A stretch of DNA of 53,388 bases from Candidatus Sulfopaludibacter sp. SbA3 (GTDB lineage: Bacteria; Acidobacteriota; Terriglobia; 2-12-FULL-54-10). The stretch's first letter is position 1. Each line of letters starts with the position of its first letter. The DNA is taken from contig CAMBEY010000001.1 in NCBI GenBank assembly GCA_945865705.1, positions 1 through 53,388 of the forward strand. Reading direction: 5' to 3'. The notes below the pieces were generated by a model that saw only the letters and a program-made list of their open reading frames with translations, was not told where the DNA came from and searched no databases. Both the position numbers and the translations under genes were made by a program. This document shows positions 27,366 to 36,556 of this stretch, one piece after another.

Positions 27366-29447
27366 CTAGCGAAGCGAGACTAGCACGGTCCTCTTGGAGG
27401 AAGTACCCGCCACTGCGCTTGCTGGCGCCTGAACGGAAATGGCCTTCGCAGCTTCCACACGCTGGCGATCCAGTGTCTGGTTGTAGGCGGTGAAGGTTGC
27501 GCCACGAGGCACGAGGTGAATATCCGCCTTGCGAGCGGCTGCACCCGTACCGGCAGCGGAAGTGCGCGAAGTCAGGCGACCTTCCGCGATACCCTTTTCG
27601 CGTGTCAAATATGCACGGATGTTATCCGCGCGTGATTGCGACAAACCTTGCGCGTTCCGCTCCGTGCCGGCAGCAGATCCCACCACGACCAGAGCCGATT
27701 CCGGCTCGCTCTGTAAACGCAGCGCGGTGGAGTCCAGCTTGGCCTTGCAAACGTTGTCCACGCGAGCCGAGTTATTGGCAAAGGTGCAGGTGTCAAGCAG
27801 CTGTGCTTGAGCAACCGGCGGTGGTGCAGGCGCGGCTTCCACGGTAACGGTGCTAGTGCATTCGGCCGAGAGATTACGATCGTCCGTGGCACGGGCACGC
27901 GCCGTGATAGTCCCTGCGCGAGTGCCGGCAGTATCCAAGCGAACCGCAGCGCCTGAACCAACGATGGTTCCAGCCGAGGTGGTCCACTGAACGGTAACCG
28001 GGCGGTTCTGAGCGCTGGCGGCGGTGGCCGACAGATTTACCGCTTCGCCGATCTGCACGCGACCACGATCCACGTTACAAGATACTGTCGGCGGCATGGG
28101 CGGTGGCGGAGGAGCAACCACAGTAAAGCGAGCGCTGCAATCGGCGAACAGGCCGGCTGCTTCGGTAGCGCGCACCGTTGAGACGTAGGTGCCAGGAGCT
28201 GCGCCAGTTGTGGAAATCTGAACATTCTGGCCGCTTCCCTGGATGGTTCCGCCAGTGGTAGTCCATGCGTAAGTTAACGCAGCACCGGCGGAAGAAGTCC
28301 CTTGAGAAGTCAGGCTGATCATCTGACCAATCTGCACTTCAGTGGGGCTGGCAGAGCAACTCAGGCTAGGTGGCGCGGGCGCAGCGGTTTCCAGCGGAGG
28401 ACCATAGTTATAGCCGAGCTGAAACACAAAGCCATTTTTATCTCCGCCATTCATGTTGAGCGGGCGGCGATAACCAGCGCTGAAGTTGACGTAACGGTTA
28501 ATGAAAGCGCGAAGCCCGAGCGTCAGGTCAATCGGATTCTCTGCGTCAGGACTCGAATTTGCAGTGGCTTCTCTCACATAAATCTCCGAACCAAGCTCGC
28601 CCAGGAACTGGAAGCGAGTGTGGCGAGGAAGCTCAATGCCGAAGCTGAGCGGGATCACGTCTGAGAGCCGGACAACGCGGCCATTATCAGGACTAGAGAC
28701 GCCGCGATATCCGGCGTTTCCGTATAAAGTCGCCATCTCACCCAGGTTCTTGCTCAAGAGATAATCGGTTCCCCACTGCCAATCGCCGGTCTGTGTCGGG
28801 CGGAAACGGAGGAAATTCAATGAACGATGAGTGGGAACCACCGCATAGGTGCGGAAGCCGAAGCCGAAAGGGTTGCCCTTGTTCTCTGACAAAATGTTGA
28901 ACTTGAGACCCACGTTCACGCCGCCGACACCGTTGCGGGAACCTGCGCTTGCGAACGGGGCATTGTTAAAGTATCCGGCAGTATTCGTCAAAGCACCGGT
29001 TCGGGCTGCGGGAGCGCGGAGGCGCGCCATTGCGGCGCTTCCGGCCACTAACTCCGAAGCCAACGGAGTTGCATTGGGGCCACCAACGCCGAAAAAGCCC
29101 AACTGCTGCTGACCAAAACTGAGCTGCGACGAATCGCCTACGGAAACTCGGCGGTTCACTTCAAAGTTAATTCCCAGTTCGAGCCAGTCTTTAATTCCAA
29201 CACCACCGCCAAATCCCATGGTGGACAGCCGCAGCTCACCGGGATTCCGGTTGATGCGATCATACCAAATCGAAAACGCCAATTCTTTTGCCCGAAGACC
29301 ATCGGGGCTATGAACCTTCCAAAGCCCGGTATTACCGGAAAGAGACGCGGTTGGCTTCAGGAATCTAGACTCATCCTGTGCTTGTGCCACTGTGGCGGCA
29401 AATAAAATCCCTGAAAGCGCCAGTAGACGCATGGTGCTCTTCAACAT
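27366..29447 (-). CDS. OmpA-family outer-membrane protein with N-terminal barrel-like region and two Ig-like repeats
   Basis: Signal peptide (LALSGILFAATVAQA). Two related modules of about 90 aa follow the pattern SC...VQIG...L......W.T..GTI.GSG..V...T.G...G......A.D......C....TV. The C-terminal OmpA-like domain contains SQSRADNIRAYL. SD AGGAGG lies upstream. Confidence 0.8.
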   Translation of the reverse strand: MLKSTMRLLALSGILFAATVAQAQDESRFLKPTASLSGNTGLWKVHSPDGLRAKELAFSIWYDRINRNPGELRLSTMGFGGGVGIKDWLELGINFEVNRRVSVGDSSQLSFGQQQLGFFGVGGPNATPLASELVAGSAAMARLRAPAARTGALTNTAGYFNNAPFASAGSRNGVGGVNVGLKFNILSENKGNPFGFGFRTYAVVPTHRSLNFLRFRPTQTGDWQWGTDYLLSKNLGEMATLYGNAGYRGVSSPDNGRVVRLSDVIPLSFGIELPRHTRFQFLGELGSEIYVREATANSSPDAENPIDLTLGLRAFINRYVNFSAGYRRPLNMNGGDKNGFVFQLGYNYGPPLETAAPAPPSLSCSASPTEVQIGQMISLTSQGTSSAGAALTYAWTTTGGTIQGSGQNVQISTTGAAPGTYVSTVRATEAAGLFADCSARFTVVAPPPPPMPPTVSCNVDRGRVQIGEAVNLSATAASAQNRPVTVQWTTSAGTIVGSGAAVRLDTAGTRAGTITARARATDDRNLSAECTSTVTVEAAPAPPPVAQAQLLDTCTFANNSARVDNVCKAKLDSTALRLQSEPESALVVVGSAAGTERNAQGLSQSRADNIRAYLTREKGIAEGRLTSRTSAAGTGAAARKADIHLVPRGATFTAYNQTLDRQRVEAAKAISVQAPASAVAGTSSKRTVLVSLR

Positions 29448-29688
29448 TCAATCCTCCTGGAAAGGCGACGGTCCCGAACGGTCCACGATTGTGGCTTGCC
29501 TTACTACTACTTAACTTATTCTGTAAAATCATATCAGATTTTTGCTCTTGCACGTAAATAATGACACTAGCAGATAGTGCTGTATGTGCAACATTGAACA
29601 TCCTCTTGGCTTTCCGTTTTCGGCTCCTGGATTTCCCATTCCGGCACTTGCCAGGGTTTGTGGAGCGCAGCAGGGCACCACCTCGCCC

Positions 29689-30786
29689 TCATCTAACCGG
29701 GGCTTGCTTCAGGCGAGCCAGGCTCTCCGTATAAGGGGGCTGGGCAATTCCGCGCTCCGTGATGATGGCCGCGATGTAGCGATGCGGGGTCATATCAAAC
29801 GCCGGATTCTGAATGGCGATCCCTTCGGGAGCGATACGAACTCCTTGAATTTCAGCGACTTCCCTCTCTGCCCGCTGCTCGATGGGGATTTGCTCTCCGG
29901 AAGCAATGTTTAGGTCAATGGTCGATAGCGGAGCAGCCACGTAGAACGGCACATTGTTCTCTCTAGCCAGCACCGCCACTCCGTAGGTTCCTATTTTATT
30001 CGCGGTGTCCCCATTGGCGGCAATGCGATCGGCGCCCACCACCACGCAACCGATCTTGCGCGAGTTCAAGCCAGTCCGCAAAAAATGTCCCGCCATGTTG
30101 TCCGTAATTAACGTCGTCGGAATGCCATCCTTCTGCAGCTCCCAAGCCGTCAGGCGTGCCCCTTGCAGGAATGGCCGGGTCTCAAGCGAAAGCACGTCAA
30201 CCCCTTTGCCCTCCCGAACCGCAGATCGGATCACGCCAAGGGCCGTTCCATATCCAGCCGTGGCCAGCGCGCCAGCGTTACAGATAGTCATCACGGTCTG
30301 CCCGGCGGGGACCAGACTGGCGCCAAAATCCCCCATGGCCCTACATGCTGCAATATCCTCTTCCAGAATATGCTGGGCCTCCGCGATCAATTGCTGAGCG
30401 ATCTGTTCGCGGCCCGCACCGCTGGCGATCCACTGCTCGAACCGTTCCCGCATCCGTCCGATCGCCCAGAAAAGATTCACCGCCGTAGGCCGGGTCGCCG
30501 CCAATAAGTCGGCGATTCGCGCAAAGTCTTTCTGCCATTCCTCGAGCGTTGCAGCCGCTGATTGTTTCATCCCGAGGGCAATCCCCATCGCCGCCGTAAC
30601 GCCGATGGCCGGCGCTCCGCGCACCACCATCTCGCGTATCGCCATGGCCACTTCCTCAGAATTGCGGCAAACAAAATACTCCTCGCGGCCCGGAAGAATC
30701 CGCTGATCAATCAGACGAACGCCTTCGTTGGTCCACTCGATGGTCTTTACGCCACCCTGCAACATTTCATTCCTAGAATCCGCCAA
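29689..30786 (-). CDS. mtnA: S-methyl-5-thioribose-1-phosphate isomerase
   Basis: eIF-2B alpha/beta/delta-like family with [20 protein letters not shown] and N-terminal LIDQR.LP. Length 365 aa. Confidence 0.9.
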   Translation of the reverse strand: MADSRNEMLQGGVKTIEWTNEGVRLIDQRILPGREEYFVCRNSEEVAMAIREMVVRGAPAIGVTAAMGIALGMKQSAAATLEEWQKDFARIADLLAATRPTAVNLFWAIGRMRERFEQWIASGAGREQIAQQLIAEAQHILEEDIAACRAMGDFGASLVPAGQTVMTICNAGALATAGYGTALGVIRSAVREGKGVDVLSLETRPFLQGARLTAWELQKDGIPTTLITDNMAGHFLRTGLNSRKIGCVVVGADRIAANGDTANKIGTYGVAVLARENNVPFYVAAPLSTIDLNIASGEQIPIEQRAEREVAEIQGVRIAPEGIAIQNPAFDMTPHRYIAAIITERGIAQPPYTESLARLKQAPVR

Positions 30787-30848
30787 TGTATCACTCCTCG
30801 ATTTTTATCCGTTGCCTATTCCGCCAGTCCCACAATGTACAGTGACCA

Positions 30849-31727
30849 TTACCCCTTTAAGGTCTGGAAACGGTTGGTGGCGACAAACAGCAATAAAAAT
30901 AGCGTGGAATTATATCCCAAATGCACCAGAAATGACGGGATCAACGAGCCTGTTTGCACGCGCACGAACGAAAGAATCAGACCCACCAGCAACAGCGCCA
31001 GCAACTCCGGACCGACTCCACCAAGCTGGGCCGCATGGATAGCGGCAAAGAGCGTGCCGGTCATGATCACCGCAGCAGCAGCACCCCAGCGGCGTTCAAA
31101 CACCGGCAGGAAAAACCCTCGAAAGACCAGCTCTTCGACAAAAGGAGCGACGCCAATTCCAAAGAAAGCCATTAAATAAGCCGATGCGGGAGTATCAAAC
31201 AGTTTCTCTATGGGCAAATCAGGTCGGCCAGGAATAAATTGGAATAACAACTGAAGGGCCAAGGACAGGATGGAGCCAGCTAGCAAGTAGCGAAACATCG
31301 GCACTCCAGCCGGCTTCCATTGCAAGCTCTCCCAGAACTTCAGGCCGTATTTCACCACCACAATCTGATAGATAAACAAAATCCAGAATAGTTCCCAAAC
31401 GCTCTGAACCAACACCGCGATGGGTGTCTGGACTTGGGGATGGCTGAGCGTAAGACCCCAGTTAAGTCCGCTATTCAGCAGGGTGAAGCTGCCCATCACA
31501 ATTCCCAAGGACACCACCATCGTCACCAGGGCAAACAGGAAGAAGCCGCCGACATCTGTCAATGTCCAAAGGCGATCTTCCCGGAGCGGCTGCCACGGCT
31601 CAGCATCCGTGGAGTTGGGATGCTTCTGCGGAGCGATGGCCGCCTCCGCTGTCCCCATTTCTTCTCCGAAAGGGCTGGCAGCTTCTTGATGGTTGATTTC
31701 CTGGCTAGGATCGGACATATCGGACAT
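30849..31727 (-). CDS. CPBP-family intramembrane glutamic endopeptidase (CAAX protease/Abi-like)
   Basis: Multi-TM protein with EELVFRGF and FAAIH motifs and a third conserved His (FLVHLGYN). Confidence 0.8.
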   Translation of the reverse strand: MSDMSDPSQEINHQEAASPFGEEMGTAEAAIAPQKHPNSTDAEPWQPLREDRLWTLTDVGGFFLFALVTMVVSLGIVMGSFTLLNSGLNWGLTLSHPQVQTPIAVLVQSVWELFWILFIYQIVVVKYGLKFWESLQWKPAGVPMFRYLLAGSILSLALQLLFQFIPGRPDLPIEKLFDTPASAYLMAFFGIGVAPFVEELVFRGFFLPVFERRWGAAAAVIMTGTLFAAIHAAQLGGVGPELLALLLVGLILSFVRVQTGSLIPSFLVHLGYNSTLFLLLFVATNRFQTLKG

Positions 31728-31741
31728 GGAGGATGCGGTCC

Positions 31742-32731
31742 TCAGGCTTGTTCCAGAAGTGCGGCGGCCAGCAATGGAAGCATGATCTCATGATGCCCCG
31801 TCAATGCGTACCCGCGTCCCGAGCCTTCTGAATTTAATGTAGGTCGACGCACAACATTTTCCAGCGGCCGGTAGTGCTGGAGGAAATCCATATTGACGGT
31901 AGAAAAGTTTCGCAACTCGTGCCCCAAATTTCTCACCGCTGAAACTGCTTTCAGGAAAACCTCGGGCAGGATCACGGCTGACCCCACGTTGAGATAAATT
32001 CCGCCGCCTTCCAGTTCCCGCACTAAGCTTGCGAACAAAAGAAAATCCCGGTGAGATGCCCCACCGATCGCTCTGCCATCGGCCAGCGGGTGATTGTGCG
32101 GCGTATCCGTCCCAATCGCCACATGGACCGTAACCGGAATTTTTCTCCGGTAGGTGGAAAGCAGCAGACTTGCGTCCGCATGGGGGACTCCTTGCAGGCC
32201 GGGTCCAGGCTTCTGCTTCGCTTTGCCCTCGAGAAACGCTCCCAGTCCTTCGCCAATCCCGACTCCCTGGTCGTCAGCCTCGGTGATGGCCCGATTCATC
32301 CATGCGCCGGTCTCTTCGGCCATGCCGAATTTTCCGCCGGGAAGTTGCGTGTCCACTTCCTCGGAGGTTGAGCCCGCCAGCGCGATCTCAAAATCATGGA
32401 TCGCCGTGGACCCGTTCATGGCGATCCCAGAGACAAATCCGTGCGCCATCAAATCAATCAATACAGGAGCAAGGCCCACCTTTATCACATGCCCGCCAAG
32501 CCCCCACAGGATCGGCTTCCCCAGTTCGCGGGCTTTCAGAATCGCCGCGATCACGCCGCGCAATCGATCCCCGGCAAGAATCGCCGGCAAGGAATCAATC
32601 AGGCCTGTAATGCCCTGCCCCTTGCGATAGGCACGCGCAAACTCTTTCACGGTTACCTTGGCCGGACGTCCTTCCAGGGAGATAGTCTGCAATCCCGTGC
32701 GGTCCAGCGGTTTCTGGCGATAGATACTCAT
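31742..32731 (-). CDS. deoxyhypusine synthase-like (DHS-like NAD-binding fold) protein
   Basis: The ORF is clearly coding. LGGHVIKVGLAPVLIDLMAHGFVSGIAMNGSTAIHDFE resembles the DHS-family block (G..v.aG.r..i.dLi..g.vd.iv.tGa...hD). The family call rests on recollection only. Confidence 0.5.
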   Translation of the reverse strand: MSIYRQKPLDRTGLQTISLEGRPAKVTVKEFARAYRKGQGITGLIDSLPAILAGDRLRGVIAAILKARELGKPILWGLGGHVIKVGLAPVLIDLMAHGFVSGIAMNGSTAIHDFEIALAGSTSEEVDTQLPGGKFGMAEETGAWMNRAITEADDQGVGIGEGLGAFLEGKAKQKPGPGLQGVPHADASLLLSTYRRKIPVTVHVAIGTDTPHNHPLADGRAIGGASHRDFLLFASLVRELEGGGIYLNVGSAVILPEVFLKAVSAVRNLGHELRNFSTVNMDFLQHYRPLENVVRRPTLNSEGSGRGYALTGHHEIMLPLLAAALLEQA

Positions 32732-32745
32732 GGAAAGATATTCGC

Positions 32746-35640
32746 CTACCCTTTCGACCCGCCCGCCTCATTTGCTCCTGGGACTTTGTTCGCTCGCGAA
32801 CGTGTCCCACTTCCGGACGCACCTTTAAGCTTGATAGCCGGTGCAGACTTGGCAAATATCTGCCGGAGCGCCGCGCCTGTGTGAGATTGCTCCACGCGCG
32901 CGACCTGCTCGGGAGTGCCGGCAGCTACCACGCGACCTCCACCGTCGCCACCATCGGGCCCTAAATCAATCACCCAGTCGGCGGACTTCACCACGTCGAG
33001 GTGATGCTCGATGATGATGACGGTGTTGCCTAGCTCCGTCAAGCGTTGCAAGACCTCCAGCAATTTACGGATATCGTCGAAGTGCAACCCGGTGGTGGGC
33101 TCGTCCAATATATACAGCGTCTTGCCGGTCTGTCGCCGGCTCAACTCGCGGGCCAGCTTCATGCGCTGCGCTTCGCCGCCGGAAAGCGTCGTGGAGGACT
33201 GCCCCAGATGCAAATAGCCGAGCCCAACCTCCACCACCGTGCGCAGCCGTTGCGCAATGGTGGGGATATTCTCCAGCAGCGGGAGGCTATCCTGCGCCGT
33301 TGTCTCTAACAGGTCCGCGATGGACTGATTCTTATAGCGAACCGCGAGCGTCTCGGCGTTGTAGCGGCGGCCTCGGCAGATGTCGCACGTTACGTAAACG
33401 TCGGGAAGAAAGTTCATTTCAATCCGCCGCTGTCCATCTCCCTGACAGGCTTCACAGCGTCCGCCGCGCACGTTGAAGCTGAACCGGCCCGGCTTGTATC
33501 CTCGTTCGCGCGACTCCGGCAGCATGGCGAACAATTCACGCAGTGGCGTGAAGACTCCCGTGTAAGTCGCCGGGTTCGAGCGCGGGGTGCGACCGATTGG
33601 CGTCTGATCAATACAGATCACTTTATCAATGTGCTCGACACCCTCGATCCGGCCATGCGCTCCCGGGGCTTCTTTCGCCCCGTAAAGTTTCTGCGACAGC
33701 GCACGGTAGAGGATATCGTTCACCAGCGTGGACTTCCCGGAGCCCGATACGCCAGTGATCACGATCATCAGTCCGAGTGGAAACGAGACATCAATGCCTT
33801 TTAGATTATTGGCACGCGCCGCGTGGATGATGAGCTGGCGGCCATTGGGTGAGCGGCGCTTCGCTGCCATTGGAATGGAGAGCTTGCCGGAAAGATACTG
33901 GCCGGTCAGTGAGGCCTCGCATGCCTCAATATCACGCGGCGTGCCCGTGGCCACCACGTGGCCGCCATGCCGTCCTGCGCCGGGGCCAAGGTCCACCACA
34001 TAGTCGGCACGACGAATGGTGTCTTCATCGTGCTCGACCACCAGAACCGTATTGCCCAGGTCTCTCAAATTTTCGAGTGTCTCAATCAACTTCGAGTTGT
34101 CGCGATGGTGCAGCCCAATCGATGGCTCGTCCAGCACATAGAGCACGCCGCGCAATTTCGAACCGATCTGCGCCGCCAGGCGAATGCGCTGACCTTCCCC
34201 ACCCGATAGCGTCGGCGCAGAGCGATCCAGGCTTAGGTAGCCCAGCCCCACGGCCAGCAGGAAATCCAAACGATTCTTTATCTCACTGACGATGCGTCCG
34301 GCGATGCGCTCTTCTCGCTCACTCAGCTTCACGCGTGAAAATACTTCATGAGCGCGGCTGACAGGCGCTGCCGTCAGATCGCCAATCGACAATCCTTGCA
34401 CCTTTACCGCCAGACTCTCCGGTCGCAGGCGCTTGCCGTGACATACTCCGCAGGGACTAGCCGACATGTATTGCGTCAGCCATTCTCGATACCCCTCAGA
34501 AGTGCTGGATTCAAGATTCTCTCGCAGCAGAGGGATCAATCCTGTGACTTTTTTGCTCGACTTGGTTCCAGGCTTTCCGGGGAGATTCCCGTAGAGCGCC
34601 ATATCCTGCACTCGCTGCGGTAATTCGCTGAACGCGATCGTCAGGTCAACCTTCTGCTCCGTGGCCAATTCTTCTATCATGCGCTGCGGATAGAGTGCGC
34701 CCAGCGCGGGTCCCAGCGCACCATCGAGCAACGGCTTCGACCAATCGACGATCAATTTAGCGGGATCAAAATCCCACTTGCTGCCCAGCCCCTGGCAGGA
34801 TTCGCACGCGCCGTACTTGCTGTTGAATGAGAATGAGCGCGGTTCAAATACAGGGACACTGGTGCCGCACTCGGCGCAGGCCAGCGCCTCCGAGAATAAA
34901 AACTCTTCCCCATCCACCACCGCCACTTGAACCAAGCCACTCGCCAACTTCATCGCCGTGGCAATGGAGGCTTCCAGACGTTTTTCGATTCCTGGCTTGA
35001 GCAACACGCGATCAACAAGCACTTCGATCGTGTGATTCTTGCGCTTGTCGAGAATGATCGGCTGATCGGGATCGTCCAGGCCGCGCAGTTCGCCGTCAAT
35101 GCGCGCGCGGATGTAGCCATCGCGGCCCAGCTTCTCCAGCTCTTTCCTGAACTCTCCTTTGCGGCCCCGCACCAGCGGCGCCAGAATCATGATCCGGTCG
35201 CTGCCCTTCAGCGCTAGAATCTGCGCGACAATCTGCGCCACCGACTGCCGCGTAATCGGACGATGGCATTGCGGACAGTGCGGAATACCAATGGTGGCGA
35301 AGAGCAGCCGCAGATAGTCGTAGATTTCCGTGATGGTTCCCACGGTGGAGCGCGGGCTGCGTGAAGTGGTCTTCTGGTCGATGGAGATGGCCGGGCTCAG
35401 GCCCTCGATGGTGTCCACGTCGGGCCGCTCCATCTGATCGAGGAACTGCCGCGCGTAGGTGGAAAGTGTCTCGACATACCGCCGCTGGCCCTCCGCGTAG
35501 ATGGTGTCAAAGGCGAGCGAGGACTTCCCCGAGCCGCTCAACCCCGTGACCACCGTCAGCGAGTTGCGGGGAATCTCCACCGTGATGTCTTGCAGATTGT
35601 GCTGGCGGGCCCCTCGGACCGTCAGCCGGTCAATGCTCAT
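32746..35640 (-). CDS. uvrA: excinuclease ABC subunit A
   Basis: Two ABC ATPase modules ([18 protein letters not shown]), zinc-finger cysteines and an LSGGE signature twice. 964 aa, with a basic Gly/Ser-rich C-terminal tail. Confidence 0.97.
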   Translation of the reverse strand: MSIDRLTVRGARQHNLQDITVEIPRNSLTVVTGLSGSGKSSLAFDTIYAEGQRRYVETLSTYARQFLDQMERPDVDTIEGLSPAISIDQKTTSRSPRSTVGTITEIYDYLRLLFATIGIPHCPQCHRPITRQSVAQIVAQILALKGSDRIMILAPLVRGRKGEFRKELEKLGRDGYIRARIDGELRGLDDPDQPIILDKRKNHTIEVLVDRVLLKPGIEKRLEASIATAMKLASGLVQVAVVDGEEFLFSEALACAECGTSVPVFEPRSFSFNSKYGACESCQGLGSKWDFDPAKLIVDWSKPLLDGALGPALGALYPQRMIEELATEQKVDLTIAFSELPQRVQDMALYGNLPGKPGTKSSKKVTGLIPLLRENLESSTSEGYREWLTQYMSASPCGVCHGKRLRPESLAVKVQGLSIGDLTAAPVSRAHEVFSRVKLSEREERIAGRIVSEIKNRLDFLLAVGLGYLSLDRSAPTLSGGEGQRIRLAAQIGSKLRGVLYVLDEPSIGLHHRDNSKLIETLENLRDLGNTVLVVEHDEDTIRRADYVVDLGPGAGRHGGHVVATGTPRDIEACEASLTGQYLSGKLSIPMAAKRRSPNGRQLIIHAARANNLKGIDVSFPLGLMIVITGVSGSGKSTLVNDILYRALSQKLYGAKEAPGAHGRIEGVEHIDKVICIDQTPIGRTPRSNPATYTGVFTPLRELFAMLPESRERGYKPGRFSFNVRGGRCEACQGDGQRRIEMNFLPDVYVTCDICRGRRYNAETLAVRYKNQSIADLLETTAQDSLPLLENIPTIAQRLRTVVEVGLGYLHLGQSSTTLSGGEAQRMKLARELSRRQTGKTLYILDEPTTGLHFDDIRKLLEVLQRLTELGNTVIIIEHHLDVVKSADWVIDLGPDGGDGGGRVVAAGTPEQVARVEQSHTGAALRQIFAKSAPAIKLKGASGSGTRSRANKVPGANEAGGSKG

Positions 35641-35678
35641 CGCGTACCTGCACCGTCCGGTTCCATCTCTGAAGGATC

Positions 35679-35706
35679 GTCACCAGTGATAGAGCCATCT
35701 GGTGAC
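35679..35706. promoter_or_regulatory. interrupted palindrome in the uvrA leader (candidate operator or 5' UTR hairpin)
   Basis: GTCACCAG (35679-35686), 12 nt, CTGGTGAC (35699-35706), lying 39-66 nt upstream of the uvrA start codon. Confidence 0.35.
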
Positions 35707-35722
35707 AAGACCGGAACTTATT

Positions 35723-35752
35723 AGGATAGCGTGGCGCTTGCGCCGGGGTCAA
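35723..35752 (-). promoter_or_regulatory. candidate sigma70-type promoter of uvrA
   Basis: On the minus strand: TTGACC (35752-35747), 18-nt spacer containing the palindrome GGCGCAAGCGCC, then TATCCT (35728-35723). Motif match only. Confidence 0.35.
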
Positions 35753-36047
35753 TCGCATCCATTTCCGATCCGTTCCAAAAACCCGCAGCGAGGAAAATTT
35801 GGCATCCATTTCTTCCAATTTGGCCCCCCTCCGGCACTCCCAAAATTGCCCAAATAATCAGCCCTGACCAAAGTGCAAACGTTCACGGTTCTGCCCACTC
35901 TGACCAGATTGACAAACCAGCGAATGGTGGCCGGGGGTTGGGGTTGGAAATTGTGGGTTGAGGATTAGGAAAATCCCGGGACGACATTTTGCCCCCCCTC
36001 GCCTGCCTCCAAAGAATCCAAATATTTCAACCTGACCAAATATTCCA

Positions 36048-36135
36048 AATCCACCAAATCGTCGGAGTTTGCGGTTCCATCGGTCGCCAATTTTTCCGAA
36101 TCCACCAAATTGTCAGAGCTTGCGGTTCCATCGGT
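36048..36135. repeat. two-copy 51-bp-period tandem repeat in non-coding DNA
   Basis: 36048-36084 (AATCCACCAAATCGTCGGAGTTTGCGGTTCCATCGGT) matches 36099-36135 at 34 of 37 positions. The remainder of each unit has diverged. Confidence 0.75.
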
Positions 36136-36152
36136 GGGGCGGATGAAAATCA

Positions 36153-36225
36153 GGGAGTAGGGAGTGGGGAATAGGGAGTAAGGGACAAGCAATCAGGATG
36201 TGGGAAATGGGAGGCGGGAAGCGGG
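36153..36225 (+). repeat. G-rich heptad (GGGNNNN) tracts fitting the G-quadruplex motif
   Basis: 36153-36184 has five G3-4 runs with 3-5-nt loops. 36202-36225 has four GGG runs with exactly 4-nt loops. Both satisfy G3+N1-7 x4 on the plus strand. Confidence 0.55.
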
Positions 36226-36246
36226 CATTAACGCAGACCTCCTCCG

Positions 36247-36488
36247 TTGCCCGGAGGGCAACCCCGTGAATAGCCGTAGGTGAAACCTACGGAATGAATG
36301 ACCAAACCAGATTGCGGCCCTGACGGGGCCGGACGTTTTCCGCGATCCGGCAACACGAACCGCGTCGCAGTCTGCGGACGCAGACTCCATCAGCGGAGGT
36401 CAACCCCTGTCCGGGATTGCTGCCAATTCTTGGCGCGGTCCGTCCCGGCACGCCGGGACGGCTATTCACGGTCTTGCCCTCCGGGCAA
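36247..36488. repeat. inverted-repeat-bounded cluster of GC-rich hairpins (REP/MITE-like element or structured RNA)
   Basis: Terminal 31-nt inverted repeats at 36247-36277 and 36458-36488 are 29/31 complementary. Internal hairpins or palindromes sit at 36274-36292, 36315-36331, 36369-36386 and 36441-36460. There is no credible ORF. Confidence 0.6.
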
Positions 36489-36556
36489 GGCGAACGCGAA
36501 CCTTCCCTATTCTTCATTCGCAAAGAGTATGATTAAGATGGCGGCAGACCTCCTTG

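Noticed and set aside
29448-29688. AT-rich 240-nt gap between mtnA and the OmpA-family gene, examined for tRNA or sRNA
   Set aside because: There is no cloverleaf-compatible stems or conserved tRNA boxes. It is better explained as the promoter and 5' UTR of the OmpA-family gene. On the minus strand a possible TTACGT-18-TATGAT lies at 29557-29528, with AGGAGG before the ATG. The promoter match is too weak to list as a feature.
35873-35886. GTGCAAACGTTCAC, a partial match to a Gram-positive-type LexA box (GAAC-N4-GTTC) upstream of uvrA
   Set aside because: On the reverse strand it reads GAACGTTTGCAC, two mismatches in one half-site. It lies about 235 nt from the uvrA start, upstream of the better promoter candidate. 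That is not enough to call.
36048-36488. Possible CRISPR array or retron-type ncRNA next to the DUF2075 gene
   Set aside because: There are only two repeat copies with a 14-nt divergent segment instead of spacers. There are no cas genes, no reverse transcriptase ORF in the window, and the hairpins are heterogeneous.
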